DNA of 64,000 nucleotides from Alphaproteobacteria bacterium UBA6411 (lineage in GTDB: Bacteria; Pseudomonadota; Alphaproteobacteria; CAAGCB01; CAG-977), in NCBI GenBank assembly GCA_002438565.1, contig DJPN01000021.1, positions 61,684-125,683 on the forward strand, read 5' to 3'. The notes under the pieces were generated by a model. The model saw nothing but the letters and a program-made list of their open reading frames with translations, had not been told where the DNA came from and searched no databases. Of the stretch, positions 1 to 10,137 are shown one piece after another; positions within the stretch are counted from its first letter, which is position 1, and each line of letters starts with the position of its first letter. A program made the position numbers and the translations under genes.

Positions 1-201
1 GCAGAGCCGCAAAGCCCTTTTCAATGTCCCACACCATACGGCGCGCCGTCCGTTCACAGAAATCCGTTTCAATATAGTCGCCCAATTCGGGAAAAAACGC
101 CGACAACGTATCCCAAAGCATGTCGATTTCCTCGACGGCTTCCATCGGCGTATTCATGTAATCCGCCTGTTCATCGGTAACGGTATTCATATCAATCATG
201 A
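1..201 (-). CDS. Partial CDS running off the left edge, hypothetical protein (N-terminus MIDMNTVTDEQADYMNTPMEAVEEIDMLWDTL...)
   Basis: Minus-strand ATG at 201-199 preceded by ggagaaaaatc RBS; open frame continues to the window edge; not in the ORF track because it is truncated. Confidence 0.35.
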
Positions 202-249
202 TTTTTCTCCTTCTCAAATTCAATACAGTTATTATAAAATAATGATGTG

Positions 250-1533
250 TCAAAACTTGTCGCGCTTGTAAACGGTTCGCCAAAGCATTGCTTCATTTTC
301 ATAGATTAGATTACCGAACCCTTCCAGAAACGGCAGATACTCGTTTTCTCGGATACCGACGGGATCGGCGCCGAACAGTTCCGCCAATTTTCGGCTTAAA
401 TAAGAACAATATTCCTCAACGTTTTCTTTTGGTTGGTTCGCTCTGATTAAAACACTCCGTTTGACCGTCTGTTTCATCCAAAACAGACATTTATATAAAA
501 ATTGGCAGAGATTTCTGATTTGTATAATCTGATTTTCGGAAATGGATGTGTTCTGTTGCGCCGAAAGGGAAAAATAGAAATCGTCCTTTGGTTTCGAGAG
601 AGTCAAAACTTCCTCGTGACACGTTTCCAACAACATGAACAAATCGGGCTTCACGTCGAACGCTTCCGCTTTTTTGTCGTTCATCAGTTGATTAAAAATT
701 TGAAAAGACGCTTTGTATTTCTTTGAATTTTTCCTGAAATAGACCCGATTGAGTTTGTAAAACAAATCACTCAAACCGTTTCGTTTTTTTTATCGAAGCG
801 ATGTATTCAACATTATCGGACAAAGACGCATCCGGATATATGAAACGATATGACTGCTTTTTTACCAGCTGTTGTCCCGCAAAAACGGTTTTATCCAGAA
901 ATTCCAGCTGTCGGCAAACCGTATCGACAGCCTGCCGATCGACAACGACACGCGTTCCGTCATAATATGGATAACCGGCCCATTTCCCGTCTTTCTTTTT
1001 TTCAAAGCCGACCACATTCTTATGCCATAAAGAAGGCGTGCCGTTAATAAACCTGAAAAACGGCTCAAAATCATAGGAAACGTTCATCACTCCGTAGGAA
1101 TCGTCTTTTTCACGAATGGCGGCATATCCGCACTTTTCCAAAGTCGGAATGATCTTTTCGGCGAACTTTTGCGTTGCTTCCGTATAGCCCATCCAATCCC
1201 GTGTGACCAATCCGATTTTTGACGTTTCCTTCCGGAATACTTTTCCGTGAACATCTTCATCGACGAAGACGTGAACGATTTCATGCGCGATAATCTCTGC
1301 AACATGCACCCCGTCGTTTTTATACCGGTTGTTGATGACGGACGCGGTTTTTTGTATGTAGCACACCAACCGCCAGACGATTCCAACGGCTTCATTTCAA
1401 TGCTGAACGTCAGTTCTTTATCGGAAAAAAAGGTTTCGACAACACCCGATACCAGCGTTTTAAACCATTCGTCCGTTGTTTTGAAAATGATTGTGCTTTT
1501 GGCAACGGATACCGTTTCTTCTATTTGCCGCAT
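250..1533 (-). pseudogene. Frameshifted paralog of the 426-aa gene at 2041-3321, split into three ORFs (1087-1533, 767-1369, 250-774)
   Basis: The three ORF products align colinearly to the N-terminal, middle (AHEIVHVF vs VHEIIHIV) and C-terminal (EEYCSYLSRKLAELFGADP identical) parts of the 426-aa protein, but lie in different frames. Confidence 0.6.
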
Positions 1534-2048
1534 AGTTTTTTTCTTTCTTCCTGTTCGCGTTCAATGGAAAAATCTATGTAAAAATCCATCAGTTGTCCCG
1601 ACAAAGAACGCAGTTCGCCGGTGATTTTTTCAATATTCAAACTGAATTTCGGATTTTTCTGTTTTATTTCATTCAACGGTAAAAACGCATGAGAGAAGCG
1701 TTCAATCTCTCCGCTCACGATTTTTTGTTCCGCCGTACTCCAAAACGAACAGGAATTCATGCCTGACAAAGGCGAACCCGCCATGTGAATCAGGTATCTG
1801 GTATCTTCGCCCTGATTGAATTTCCACGCGTCCTGATATAACAGCATCAATTCCCCCAGACAAGCGGAGCATTCTCCCAAAAACAGACCGCAAATTCCCA
1901 TTCCGGAAATCGGTATGCGATACAGATCTTCACATTGCAGAATTTGTTCCTTATGGTTCAGGAAATTCTCTAAGTGTTTGAAGAAAAACTCAATACCCGC
2001 GTAATCCTTTTCCGGCGAGATCGCATAGATTTTTATAGCTTTAGACAT
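1521..2048 (-). CDS. Hypothetical protein, 175 aa, in the minus-strand paralog array
   Basis: ORF with 8-nt overlap to the upstream gene (coupling); no recognisable motif. Confidence 0.45.
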   Translation of the reverse strand: MSKAIKIYAISPEKDYAGIEFFFKHLENFLNHKEQILQCEDLYRIPISGMGICGLFLGECSACLGELMLLYQDAWKFNQGEDTRYLIHMAGSPLSGMNSCSFWSTAEQKIVSGEIERFSHAFLPLNEIKQKNPKFSLNIEKITGELRSLSGQLMDFYIDFSIEREQEERKKLCGK

Positions 2049-3321
2049 AATGTCCTCCCTTTAGTTGATGATTAACGTGCGCAACAAGCGAAGCCAAATC
2101 CGCACGATTTAAGTTGGAATATGCCGCGGATGTGCGACGAAATCTGACGTATCTGTAAACAGGCCGCTTATAAACAAGGTAAGGAAAGAATCTTTTTTCC
2201 TTTGCAACGAACAAATCGCCGAAATCATCCAGAAACGGCAGATACTCGCTTTCACGGACGCCGGCGGGATCGGCGCCGAACAGTTCAGCAAGTTTTTTGC
2301 TTAAATACGAACAGTATTCCTCAACGCTTTCTTTCGGATGATTGATCCGAAGCAAAACGTCGGATTTGACCGGCTGTTTTGAGGGAAACAAACATTCGGT
2401 TAAAAACCGGCATAACGCCCTGATTTGATCAATCGGAACCATCGAGAGATTCGTCTGTATTTGCGGCAAAAGCAAAAAATCGTTAGCCTGGCGGGACAAA
2501 GACAGAAATTCCCCGACGGGTCTTTTTTCCAATACCGAAACAAATTCTGGTTTTTCATCGTTCAATTCATCGCTTTTATCTTTTATCAGTTGCTCGAATA
2601 TCCGACGCGCTTCTTCTTTTGATGATTTCTGCTGAAAATACAAATCGTTGAGCGATTGAAACAAACCGGTGAAATCCGTGTTTTCCAATCTGTATGATGT
2701 GAAAAAGGAAAATCGCAAATAGAACGGATCAATTTTCCCCTTCATAAAACGGAAGACGTTTTTATCAAGGAATTCAAGTCGGCGGCAAACTTTTTCTATG
2801 GCGTCCTTGTTGTAATGCGAATATGAACCGCTCCATTTTCCGTTATCGTTTTTGACAAAACAAACGTTGTCTTCGTTTGTCTTGTCTTTATCTTCAATCA
2901 GACAATGATTTTCCAAAAAACCGCTTTTTTCTAAAATCGGAATCACTTTTTCGCCGAATTCCTGCGATGGTACCGTATAGCCGTTCCAATGCGCCATGAT
3001 CAATCCGGCTTTACGCGCTTCTTTTTCAAAAGCAACAGTATGATCTCCTTTGACAACAATATGAATGATCTCGTGAACGATTACCCCCGCCAAACGTATT
3101 CCGTCATATTTCTGCCGCCAGTCTATCAGGATTTGATTATCCTCCGTATCGCATTCCCCGCCATGAAACGACAAGCTTGAAAAATCTATACCGAATGTCA
3201 TTTTCCGATCGGGGAAAAACGTTTCGACAAGCCCCGATACAAGCGTTACAAACCACGGCGTTTTTGTTTTGAAAATGATCGTGCTTTTGGCGACAGTGAC
3301 CTTTTCTTCTTTTTTCGGCAT
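2041..3321 (-). CDS. Hypothetical HExxH-motif protein, 426 aa (VHEIIHIV ... E ~18 aa downstream, zincin-like); intact member of a duplicated family
   Basis: Long ORF with an HEIIH motif and a paralogous degraded copy downstream. Confidence 0.55.
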   Translation of the reverse strand: MPKKEEKVTVAKSTIIFKTKTPWFVTLVSGLVETFFPDRKMTFGIDFSSLSFHGGECDTEDNQILIDWRQKYDGIRLAGVIVHEIIHIVVKGDHTVAFEKEARKAGLIMAHWNGYTVPSQEFGEKVIPILEKSGFLENHCLIEDKDKTNEDNVCFVKNDNGKWSGSYSHYNKDAIEKVCRRLEFLDKNVFRFMKGKIDPFYLRFSFFTSYRLENTDFTGLFQSLNDLYFQQKSSKEEARRIFEQLIKDKSDELNDEKPEFVSVLEKRPVGEFLSLSRQANDFLLLPQIQTNLSMVPIDQIRALCRFLTECLFPSKQPVKSDVLLRINHPKESVEEYCSYLSKKLAELFGADPAGVRESEYLPFLDDFGDLFVAKEKRFFPYLVYKRPVYRYVRFRRTSAAYSNLNRADLASLVAHVNHQLKGGHYV

Positions 3322-3571
3322 AAGAAGTTCCTTTCACAAATATAGGTGATTAAAGCATACGGAAGCGTCAAAAGCCGACGTTTCATTTTGACGGTATGCT
3401 GAAAATCCCGTCAAATGCGGGAACGGCATTTCCCTGCCAGAAAACGCGGACGATGCCGTCTTCTTCCCGCAAATCCAAACCTTTCACTTTAGCGGCTTTA
3501 AGATTTTCCGCCGAAGAAAAAGCGTGATCGACCTTGCCGCTTTTCGGGAAAGTTTTTTCAAAATCCGGCGC

Positions 3572-4357
3572 TTAGTTTTTTTCAATCATTCGCACCCAAG
3601 CGGCATATCTGCCTTCGTTGAAATAAATCCGCCGCAACGGGGCGATCAGGCGTTCGCGGTCTGGAAAACGCGCGGCGATCAGGTATCGGAAAAAACACAA
3701 AGCAAAACGTTCGAACCGTCCGGAACAACACGAATGAAGTACAAGCTTTTTTTGTTTCAAATCGTAATCCGGCAAAGGTTCCGTTTCGTTAAACCGAAAA
3801 TCCCGAACGACCGAAGGCCAAAATTCCCACGCCCCGATTTCATCGATGGTTCCGTCCGCAAAATCCGATATCCAGGCATCAAACTCCGCATCGCTTCCGC
3901 CCCAATACGGTCTGACAAAGTTTTTAAAATCCACCCCCCATTTCTTCAGGATATACGTTTTTCTTTTCTTCAGCCGTTCTTCGTAAAAGGACGTGTCCAG
4001 CGTTTCCGGTTTTGCGTAATAACTGTCCCGCGCGGCGTTAAAAGCCTGTTTTTCGGGATAAAAGACCTGTTCGATTTTGTTTCTCTGATTGCAAAACGCG
4101 ATCCAGTATTCCGGCTCGTTCACGAAAACGCGACCAAGATGACGATTGATTCTGTATCCTTTAAACGGCACATGGGAAAACGCTATCCTGCACCCATGCG
4201 ACAAATGCGTTAAATCGGCAAAACCTCCCGATCCTCTGTTTATCCGCAACAAAAAGTAATTGCACAAGCTTGACAAATCATCACCGACATAACGCACAAA
4301 AGCCGGACATTGCTCTTTCAGCCATTGATGGATTTCTTCTTGCGTTTCCAAAATCAT
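3572..4357 (-). CDS. Hypothetical protein, 261 aa, paralog of 4399-4941 (shared N-terminus MILETQEEIHQWLKEQCP)
   Basis: The first ~25 aa are near-identical to the neighbouring ORF; the antisense ORF 3524-4213 is therefore rejected. Confidence 0.5.
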   Translation of the reverse strand: MILETQEEIHQWLKEQCPAFVRYVGDDLSSLCNYFLLRINRGSGGFADLTHLSHGCRIAFSHVPFKGYRINRHLGRVFVNEPEYWIAFCNQRNKIEQVFYPEKQAFNAARDSYYAKPETLDTSFYEERLKKRKTYILKKWGVDFKNFVRPYWGGSDAEFDAWISDFADGTIDEIGAWEFWPSVVRDFRFNETEPLPDYDLKQKKLVLHSCCSGRFERFALCFFRYLIAARFPDRERLIAPLRRIYFNEGRYAAWVRMIEKN

Positions 4358-4398
4358 GTTTCACCTCTCAATTTTTTTCAGAATAGCATTCCACTGCA

Positions 4399-4941
4399 TC
4401 AGAACCTGACGCCGCGGCGATGCCGTTTCTTTTTCTTCTTTTCGGGAGGTTTCCTTTTATAGAAACGAAGATGAAGTCTTTTGAACATTTTTCTTATGTC
4501 GCGCTCACTTTCTTCGCTCATTCTTCTTTCGTAAAAAGAAGTGTCCAGCGTTGTCGGAACCGAATAAAAATCCACCGTCTTTTCGAAATCCTCTTTGCCG
4601 TCCTCTTCGCGGAAACGAACGGTTTCTACATTGTTTTCCTGATTAAGAAAATAAATAACGTATTCCGATTGATCCTTCCGCCAACGCCCGAACATATTAC
4701 AGACAACCCCGTGATACGGCCATTCCCGTCCGGTCATTCTCCGCCCGTGCGATAAATGGGTTAAATCGACAAGCGTTCCCCTGCGTTCTTTGATCAAACA
4801 AGACGTTAAATCACTCACTCCGATTCTGCGTTTCAAAACGTAATCGATTAACCAGTCCAAATCATCGCCGAGCCACCGCACATACACGGGACATTGCTTT
4901 TTCAGCCATTGATGGATTTCTTCTTGCGTTTCCAAAATCAT
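4399..4941 (-). CDS. Hypothetical protein, 180 aa, paralog of 3572-4357; lysine-rich C-terminal tail
   Basis: Shared N-terminus MILETQEEIHQWLKKQCP; first gene of the leftward-transcribed array. Confidence 0.5.
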   Translation of the reverse strand: MILETQEEIHQWLKKQCPVYVRWLGDDLDWLIDYVLKRRIGVSDLTSCLIKERRGTLVDLTHLSHGRRMTGREWPYHGVVCNMFGRWRKDQSEYVIYFLNQENNVETVRFREEDGKEDFEKTVDFYSVPTTLDTSFYERRMSEESERDIRKMFKRLHLRFYKRKPPEKKKKKRHRRGVRF

Positions 4942-5124
4942 GTTTCGCCTCTCAATTTTTTTTCAGGCTAACATCTTGGCGCGACAGAACATGTCGTTTG
5001 AAAAACGGCGTTCCGGTTTTTGAAAGACGACTGTTTTTGTCGCATCGTTATCCCATACTGTTGAAAAGAACGCTTTACGGAAAGCTTGTCGCCCGTTATC
5101 ATTTTTAACAGAAAGGAAAACCTC

Positions 5125-6450
5125 GTGTATTTATCCAAATCGAATTTTTTAGACGGCTTGTTTTGCCCGAAACGGTTATGGCTTTCAAAAAACCGCAAAG
5201 ACCTGATTCCCGATTTTGATGATGCGACTTTGGCGCGCTTTGACGCGGGCGAAAAGATCCACTTGTTGGCGCGCCGTTTCTTTGGCGAAGGCGCCGATTT
5301 GGAAGGCGAATTATGGGACATTGTGAACAACGCCCAAAAAACCGCCGAAGCCGCAAAGGAAAACAATCTTTTGTTTGAAGCGACGGCGTTGACGGAAGAC
5401 GGGTGTTTCTGCCGGATTGACGTTCTGGAAAAGAACGGTCGCGGGTGGGATATGATTGAAATCAAATCGTCTTCCAAAGTCAAAGATTACCACATCGACG
5501 ACTTGTCCTTTCAAGGCTATGTCTATGAACAGACCGGTTATAAAATCAAAAACTTTTACGTTTTGCATTTGAATTCCGACTATGTCCGCGGCAAAAGACT
5601 GAACGTTAAGAAGCTGTTTGAAAAGCGGGACGTCACACGGGAAGTCCGTGAACGACAAGACGAAAACATTGCGAAAATCCCGTCCTTTCTGAAATTGATT
5701 CATCAAAAGAAAGAATCCGTCGCCGAAACGGACAAACGTTGCGCGGATTGTCCTTTTGCCGGATATTGCGGCTATGAAGCTGAACCGAGCGACGAAAAAA
5801 GCCGGTGCGACAAAGCGGCGTTAAAGGAATGGCTGAACGAACTGGAATATCCGCTTTATTATCTGGATTACGAAACGGTTATGCTCCCCGTTCCCGAATT
5901 TGAAGGAACAAACCCGTATCAGCAGGTTCCGTTCCAGTTCTCTCTGCATATTCAACAGGAAAAAGGCGGAAAGGCCGAACATTCAGGCTACTTGCACAAA
6001 GACCGCTCCGATCCCCGCCGCGCGTTGGCGGAAGCTCTGGTCAAACAGTGCGGAAAGAAAGGTTCCGTCATCGTGTATAACGCCGCCTTTGAACGGACGA
6101 GAAACAAGGAATTGGCGGAGGCTTTTCCCGATTTGAAAAAGCAAATCCTCGCAATCAACGACCGCATGATCGATCAGCTTGCGCCTTTCAAAAAAAGAAT
6201 GCTGTATTCCAAAAAACAGGACGGCTCCGCGTCAATCAAACGCGTCTTGCCCGCCTTTACGAAATTGAGCTATGACAATCTCGGCATTAAAAACGGCGGG
6301 GAAGCAACCGATCTGTACGCGGCGTTCCTGAACGGCGTTTTGTCGGAAGCGGAAACGAAAGAGATGTTTAAAAACCTTGACATTTATTGCGGTCAGGACA
6401 CTTACGCGATGGTACTGTTAATGAACGTTTTGTACCAAAAAGCAAAATAA
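5125..6450 (+). CDS. DUF2779-like protein: Cas4/PD-(D/E)xK-type nuclease N-domain with an Fe-S cysteine cluster (CADCPFAGYC) and a C-terminal DEDD/RNaseH-like region (YYLDYETV)
   Basis: N-terminal YLSKSNF..G.FCPKRLWL motif; four-Cys cluster; the ORF opens at TTG 5086 but GTG 5125 has an aaaggaaaa RBS 7 nt upstream. Confidence 0.6.
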   Translation: MYLSKSNFLDGLFCPKRLWLSKNRKDLIPDFDDATLARFDAGEKIHLLARRFFGEGADLEGELWDIVNNAQKTAEAAKENNLLFEATALTEDGCFCRIDVLEKNGRGWDMIEIKSSSKVKDYHIDDLSFQGYVYEQTGYKIKNFYVLHLNSDYVRGKRLNVKKLFEKRDVTREVRERQDENIAKIPSFLKLIHQKKESVAETDKRCADCPFAGYCGYEAEPSDEKSRCDKAALKEWLNELEYPLYYLDYETVMLPVPEFEGTNPYQQVPFQFSLHIQQEKGGKAEHSGYLHKDRSDPRRALAEALVKQCGKKGSVIVYNAAFERTRNKELAEAFPDLKKQILAINDRMIDQLAPFKKRMLYSKKQDGSASIKRVLPAFTKLSYDNLGIKNGGEATDLYAAFLNGVLSEAETKEMFKNLDIYCGQDTYAMVLLMNVLYQKAK

Positions 6451-6532
6451 CCCCCAAATTGGTAAATCGATAATTTTGTATATGAAAACCAGTCGGTTGT
6501 CGGGTGGTTCCTTTTGCAAAAGGACATATACA

Positions 6533-6853
6533 ATGTTTGAAAAGAAATTTAACAACTACAGTTATGTCGGGTGCGGAGAATGCGGCATCACAGGGAAAAA
6601 GAAATCCGCTCAAACCCTTTATCGTAATCAGGATTTGAAAACGTATCTGACAAGATATCAATGGGCTTACAGGAACGGGTGTTTTCTCCCCCGTTTGCCT
6701 GACAATTTACGGGAAATCTTTTATGAACTCAAAGGCATGTTCAATGTCGCGGCGGCTTCTATTGATGAAATGCTTGAAGCCGGTCGTTGGTTAAGGCAAG
6801 CCGCTTCTGAAAGTGCAAAACGCAACAAGAGAGTTCAAGGAAAAAGGAGATAA
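6533..6853 (+). CDS. Hypothetical small protein (about 106 aa from MFEKKF)
   Basis: ORF with an aaagga RBS-like sequence upstream of the internal ATG; weak support. Confidence 0.25.
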   Translation: MFEKKFNNYSYVGCGECGITGKKKSAQTLYRNQDLKTYLTRYQWAYRNGCFLPRLPDNLREIFYELKGMFNVAAASIDEMLEAGRWLRQAASESAKRNKRVQGKRR

Positions 6854-6858
6854 CAGCC

Positions 6859-7371
6859 ATGACACAATATAAACAAATGGAAGACCTGTTCGGGTCTTAT
6901 TTTTTAAGCAAACGCGATACGGATATCGCTTTTCGGAACATAAACAAAAACGCGTTACTCAAAGTCGTCAAAGGATATAATGATTATCTGAGTGGAAAAC
7001 TTATGTTTCCTGAAGACACTTACTACGAGGGAATCGGGATAGAAAGCAATGATGAGCAGATTTTGTTTTCGATAAACAATTTGTACCGTTTGTGGGAGAA
7101 ATCACCCTACTGGCTGCAGAAGAAAGACGGGCAAACCTTATACGTCTTCGGCATTAGTTTTTGCGAAAAGCTGAACTCTTTTATTATCGGCGGATACCTT
7201 GAAAACAAAAAAGACGAAGGGCGATTTGTTGCAATCGCGTGGAGTCAACCTGTAAATACCATAGGACTTTTGGGGGACGCTATCATTGCCGATTATATTC
7301 CGGATGGCGTTCGCCTCAAAAAGCGGACTCCGCTTTATCGGCTGTTCACATTCGCTTGCATTGAAAAATAG
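6859..7371 (+). CDS. Hypothetical protein, 170 aa
   Basis: Strong aaggag RBS 9 nt upstream of the ATG; no recognised domain. Confidence 0.5.
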   Translation: MTQYKQMEDLFGSYFLSKRDTDIAFRNINKNALLKVVKGYNDYLSGKLMFPEDTYYEGIGIESNDEQILFSINNLYRLWEKSPYWLQKKDGQTLYVFGISFCEKLNSFIIGGYLENKKDEGRFVAIAWSQPVNTIGLLGDAIIADYIPDGVRLKKRTPLYRLFTFACIEK

Positions 7372-7552
7372 CAACCTATTGAAAACAGACGATAATTTGA
7401 CTTTTCGGAAAACTTTTGATATACTATACCTACCATCGAAAAATCGGTGGTAGGTATTTTTTTGGAGCAATCACGCACAATTTGGAACTGAAACAACCGC
7501 ATTCGCGCGGCAGGATACTTTTGTGCGTTTTTCAGTGGTGGGGGTTAAAAAT

Positions 7553-7906
7553 ATGACTGATAAAAACGAACGTCATTTTGACGAAAAAACACTAAAAATA
7601 CAGGCATTAAACGATCGGTTTCGACGAACGTTTAATGGGGGAAAGGTTTTGATGAGCTCCTGTGTGAGCGAACTCCCTTTACCGCAGCAAATAACACTGA
7701 TGAACCTCGTCCGAACTTTTGACGATTTCAGTGAAAACAACGATCCGTACGGCGAGCACGACTTTGGGAAAATCGAATTCAAGGGCACAGCTTACTTTTG
7801 GAAAATCGACTATTACGACATGGATTTTGAGTGTTTGTCTCCCGACCCAAGCGATGAAACCGTTACCAACCGCGTTTTAACAGTGATGAGGGCCGATGAG
7901 TATTAA
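7553..7906 (+). CDS. DUF3768-like protein (plasmid/ICE-associated family; DPYGEHDFG ... WKIDYYD signature)
   Basis: Motif match to DUF3768 recalled from plasmid annotations; start at the internal ATG with an upstream G-rich RBS. Confidence 0.45.
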   Translation: MTDKNERHFDEKTLKIQALNDRFRRTFNGGKVLMSSCVSELPLPQQITLMNLVRTFDDFSENNDPYGEHDFGKIEFKGTAYFWKIDYYDMDFECLSPDPSDETVTNRVLTVMRADEY

Positions 7907-8429
7907 GCCGTACAAACAAGGAACATTCGACCGACTTTGCAGCATTTACGCCCTGCTCAATGCGGTTCAATCTATGGGGTTTAAACTGACACACACGCAA
8001 GCGCAGAGCCTTATGGACGGTATTATTGAAAATATCCCTTCGAGCGATTTAACGGCGTTGATGCTGGGCGGAGCCGAACACAAAGACCTAATGAAATTGG
8101 CACGCCGCTTAAACAAAGCGCTTAACGCTCTGTTTGACAAGCAGGTTGAACTGACGCGTCCCTATAAACGCACTCGGCCGGATCTTTCGACGGCTTTGCG
8201 GGAAATGACCGAAGCGCGGTTAAACAATGCGGGGGTTATCGTGCGAATATCTTCCGACAGGTTTGACCACTATTCGGTTTTTAATCAAATTGAACGGGAA
8301 AAGGTGCGTTTTATCGACAGCGACCACATGCCGAGTTTGCCTTTGAACGAGTTATCGGTCGACGGGAAGAAAAAGTATGAGCTGCACCTTGAAAATATTT
8401 ACTGTCTGCAAATCAGAAAATCTGAATAA
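7896..8429 (+). CDS. Hypothetical protein, 177 aa, translationally coupled to the DUF3768 gene (11-nt overlap)
   Basis: ORF overlapping the upstream stop. Confidence 0.4.
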   Translation: MSIKPYKQGTFDRLCSIYALLNAVQSMGFKLTHTQAQSLMDGIIENIPSSDLTALMLGGAEHKDLMKLARRLNKALNALFDKQVELTRPYKRTRPDLSTALREMTEARLNNAGVIVRISSDRFDHYSVFNQIEREKVRFIDSDHMPSLPLNELSVDGKKKYELHLENIYCLQIRKSE

Positions 8430-8567
8430 ATGCACATTAATTCAGATTTTTGAGGTTTTTCGCAGAATCCTGCGGTTTTTTGAAAGGTCAAAAACAGGGG
8501 TAAAAAACGACACATTCATTAACGTCAAGTTTTTTTACTTTAATGAAGATTTTAGGGAGGCAAAGCC

Positions 8568-9164
8568 ATGAAACGAGGCAAGGCCAAGTTATTAAGTGAA
8601 ATCGATATCAAAAACTGTTTGCGGTACATTGATATGATGCCCAACGGAGAACGCAACCGCGCAATGTTTGAAATGATGCTGAACACGGCTCTGCGGATTC
8701 ACTCGATTCAAAAATTGACCATCGGTCAGGTCTATGACGACGATTTCAAACCGCGCGACAGCTTCCTGCTGCAACCGGAGCAAAACAAGGGGCATAAAAA
8801 GGCGTTACAGGTTTATATAAACGACGCGTTGAGCAAAGAGCTGAAACGATATGCAAAGCATCTGACAAGTTTGCACCCGTCGGTTATTCCTGATGATTAC
8901 CTGTTTCGGTCGAACAAGGGCGGCGGCTTCCTATCCAAGCAGCAAATCATATACACGTTCCGGCAAATATTTGACGGTGTGGGGCTTGATAAACAATATC
9001 GGTGCCACAGTCTTCGCGCGACCACTCTGACCAAGTTGATGGATGCCGGATACCCTTTGCCATTGATTAAAGAAATCTCCGGTCATTCATCGATTTCGAC
9101 ACTCTCGATCTATTACCGTGCTAACCCCAGAAATATCATGGAAGCTTTAAAGGTTATCGGGTAG
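8568..9164 (+). CDS. Small tyrosine recombinase (catalytic domain only, 198 aa)
   Basis: C-terminal phage-integrase catalytic motifs: ALRIHS (R), HSLRAT (HxxR), GHSSISTLSIYY (H...Y); gggagg RBS. Confidence 0.6.
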   Translation: MKRGKAKLLSEIDIKNCLRYIDMMPNGERNRAMFEMMLNTALRIHSIQKLTIGQVYDDDFKPRDSFLLQPEQNKGHKKALQVYINDALSKELKRYAKHLTSLHPSVIPDDYLFRSNKGGGFLSKQQIIYTFRQIFDGVGLDKQYRCHSLRATTLTKLMDAGYPLPLIKEISGHSSISTLSIYYRANPRNIMEALKVIG

Positions 9165-9341
9165 TCCGCAGTACACAGGAAGAAAACACGCGCATGAAAT
9201 TTCGTATATACCGGTAATGACAGACACTGTCATCGGGTAAAATGAACAAATCCTTAGTTGGAGGGTTAAAACGGTATGTCAGGGGCAAAGAAGCGGTAAA
9301 TGATGTCGAATTTTGATTGAACACAAGGGTATGGCAAAACC

Positions 9342-10010
9342 CTATACCGAACCCCTTTTTTTCTTTGTCTGTATCTTCAGAAGGCCCAGTTCCCGCATCA
9401 CCATTTTGACAATTCGTCGATTTGTTGAGCCTCCGTAAATATCGACTGACCTAGATGTCGTTTTTCCAATTAAAACAATGAAGTTTTCATCCGCATTTTT
9501 GAATTTTGTTATAGATCGCGCTTTTTTTCTGAAGCCGGGTATTTTTTGAATAGGTCGATCATTTTTTTCTGTCAAATACTGCTGGTGGAGTTTGGCAATG
9601 CCCTTTTCCGATAACTGCCGTGACAATTCGACGACAGTCCAGTTATGCTTGAGGGCGAAGGATAAAATTTTTGCATATTTTGTTTCGGTATTCTTTTTAA
9701 ACCTCCCTGAAAACAAGCCTCGTATGATGACCAAAGGCTTATTCATTTTCCCTCGCGATTTTCTCGCTACTGTATTGGGAAAAAGAGTGTCCAATTTCTT
9801 TTTGCACGCTCTTTGATATAGAATATATGACAGACAGATCGCTTCATATGAAGAAGCGTTTCGGGTATATTTTTCTAATTCTGTTTTCACTCCTCTTAGG
9901 TTTTTCAATGATTGGCATGCCAAAGTTATTTTCGCTAAATCCATAAGCCACATCTCCATTTTTATCCTAGGATAAAATATAAAAATCCAGCTGAAAAGAA
10001 ATTTTTGCAA
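9342..10010 (-). CDS. Hypothetical protein, 222 aa, basic C-terminus
   Basis: ORF convergent with the recombinase gene; no motif recognised. Confidence 0.35.
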   Translation of the reverse strand: MQKFLFSWIFIFYPRIKMEMWLMDLAKITLACQSLKNLRGVKTELEKYTRNASSYEAICLSYILYQRACKKKLDTLFPNTVARKSRGKMNKPLVIIRGLFSGRFKKNTETKYAKILSFALKHNWTVVELSRQLSEKGIAKLHQQYLTEKNDRPIQKIPGFRKKARSITKFKNADENFIVLIGKTTSRSVDIYGGSTNRRIVKMVMRELGLLKIQTKKKRGSV

Positions 10011-10137
10011 ATCGCTCGCTCGCGGTTGTCAAAAATATCCCAGGATATAATTTTCCAAAAAACCGAAAAAACAAAAATTGTAAATAACGCCACAGTTGCA
10101 ATGGCTGTGATGTTAAATTTTTGATGAAAGAAAAAAC

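Noticed and set aside
3524-4213. 229-aa plus-strand ORF
   Set aside because: It is antisense to the 261-aa gene, whose N-terminus is shared with the adjacent paralog; the minus-strand reading is supported instead.
4968-5483. 171-aa minus-strand ORF
   Set aside because: It overlaps the RBS and 5' end of the DUF2779 gene; the region is better explained as the divergent promoter region.
9218-9236. Perfect palindrome ATGACAG-ACA-CTGTCAT between convergent genes
   Set aside because: It could be a recombinase site or a terminator stem, but there is no T-run or repeat partner, and a single 7-bp palindrome is too little to call.
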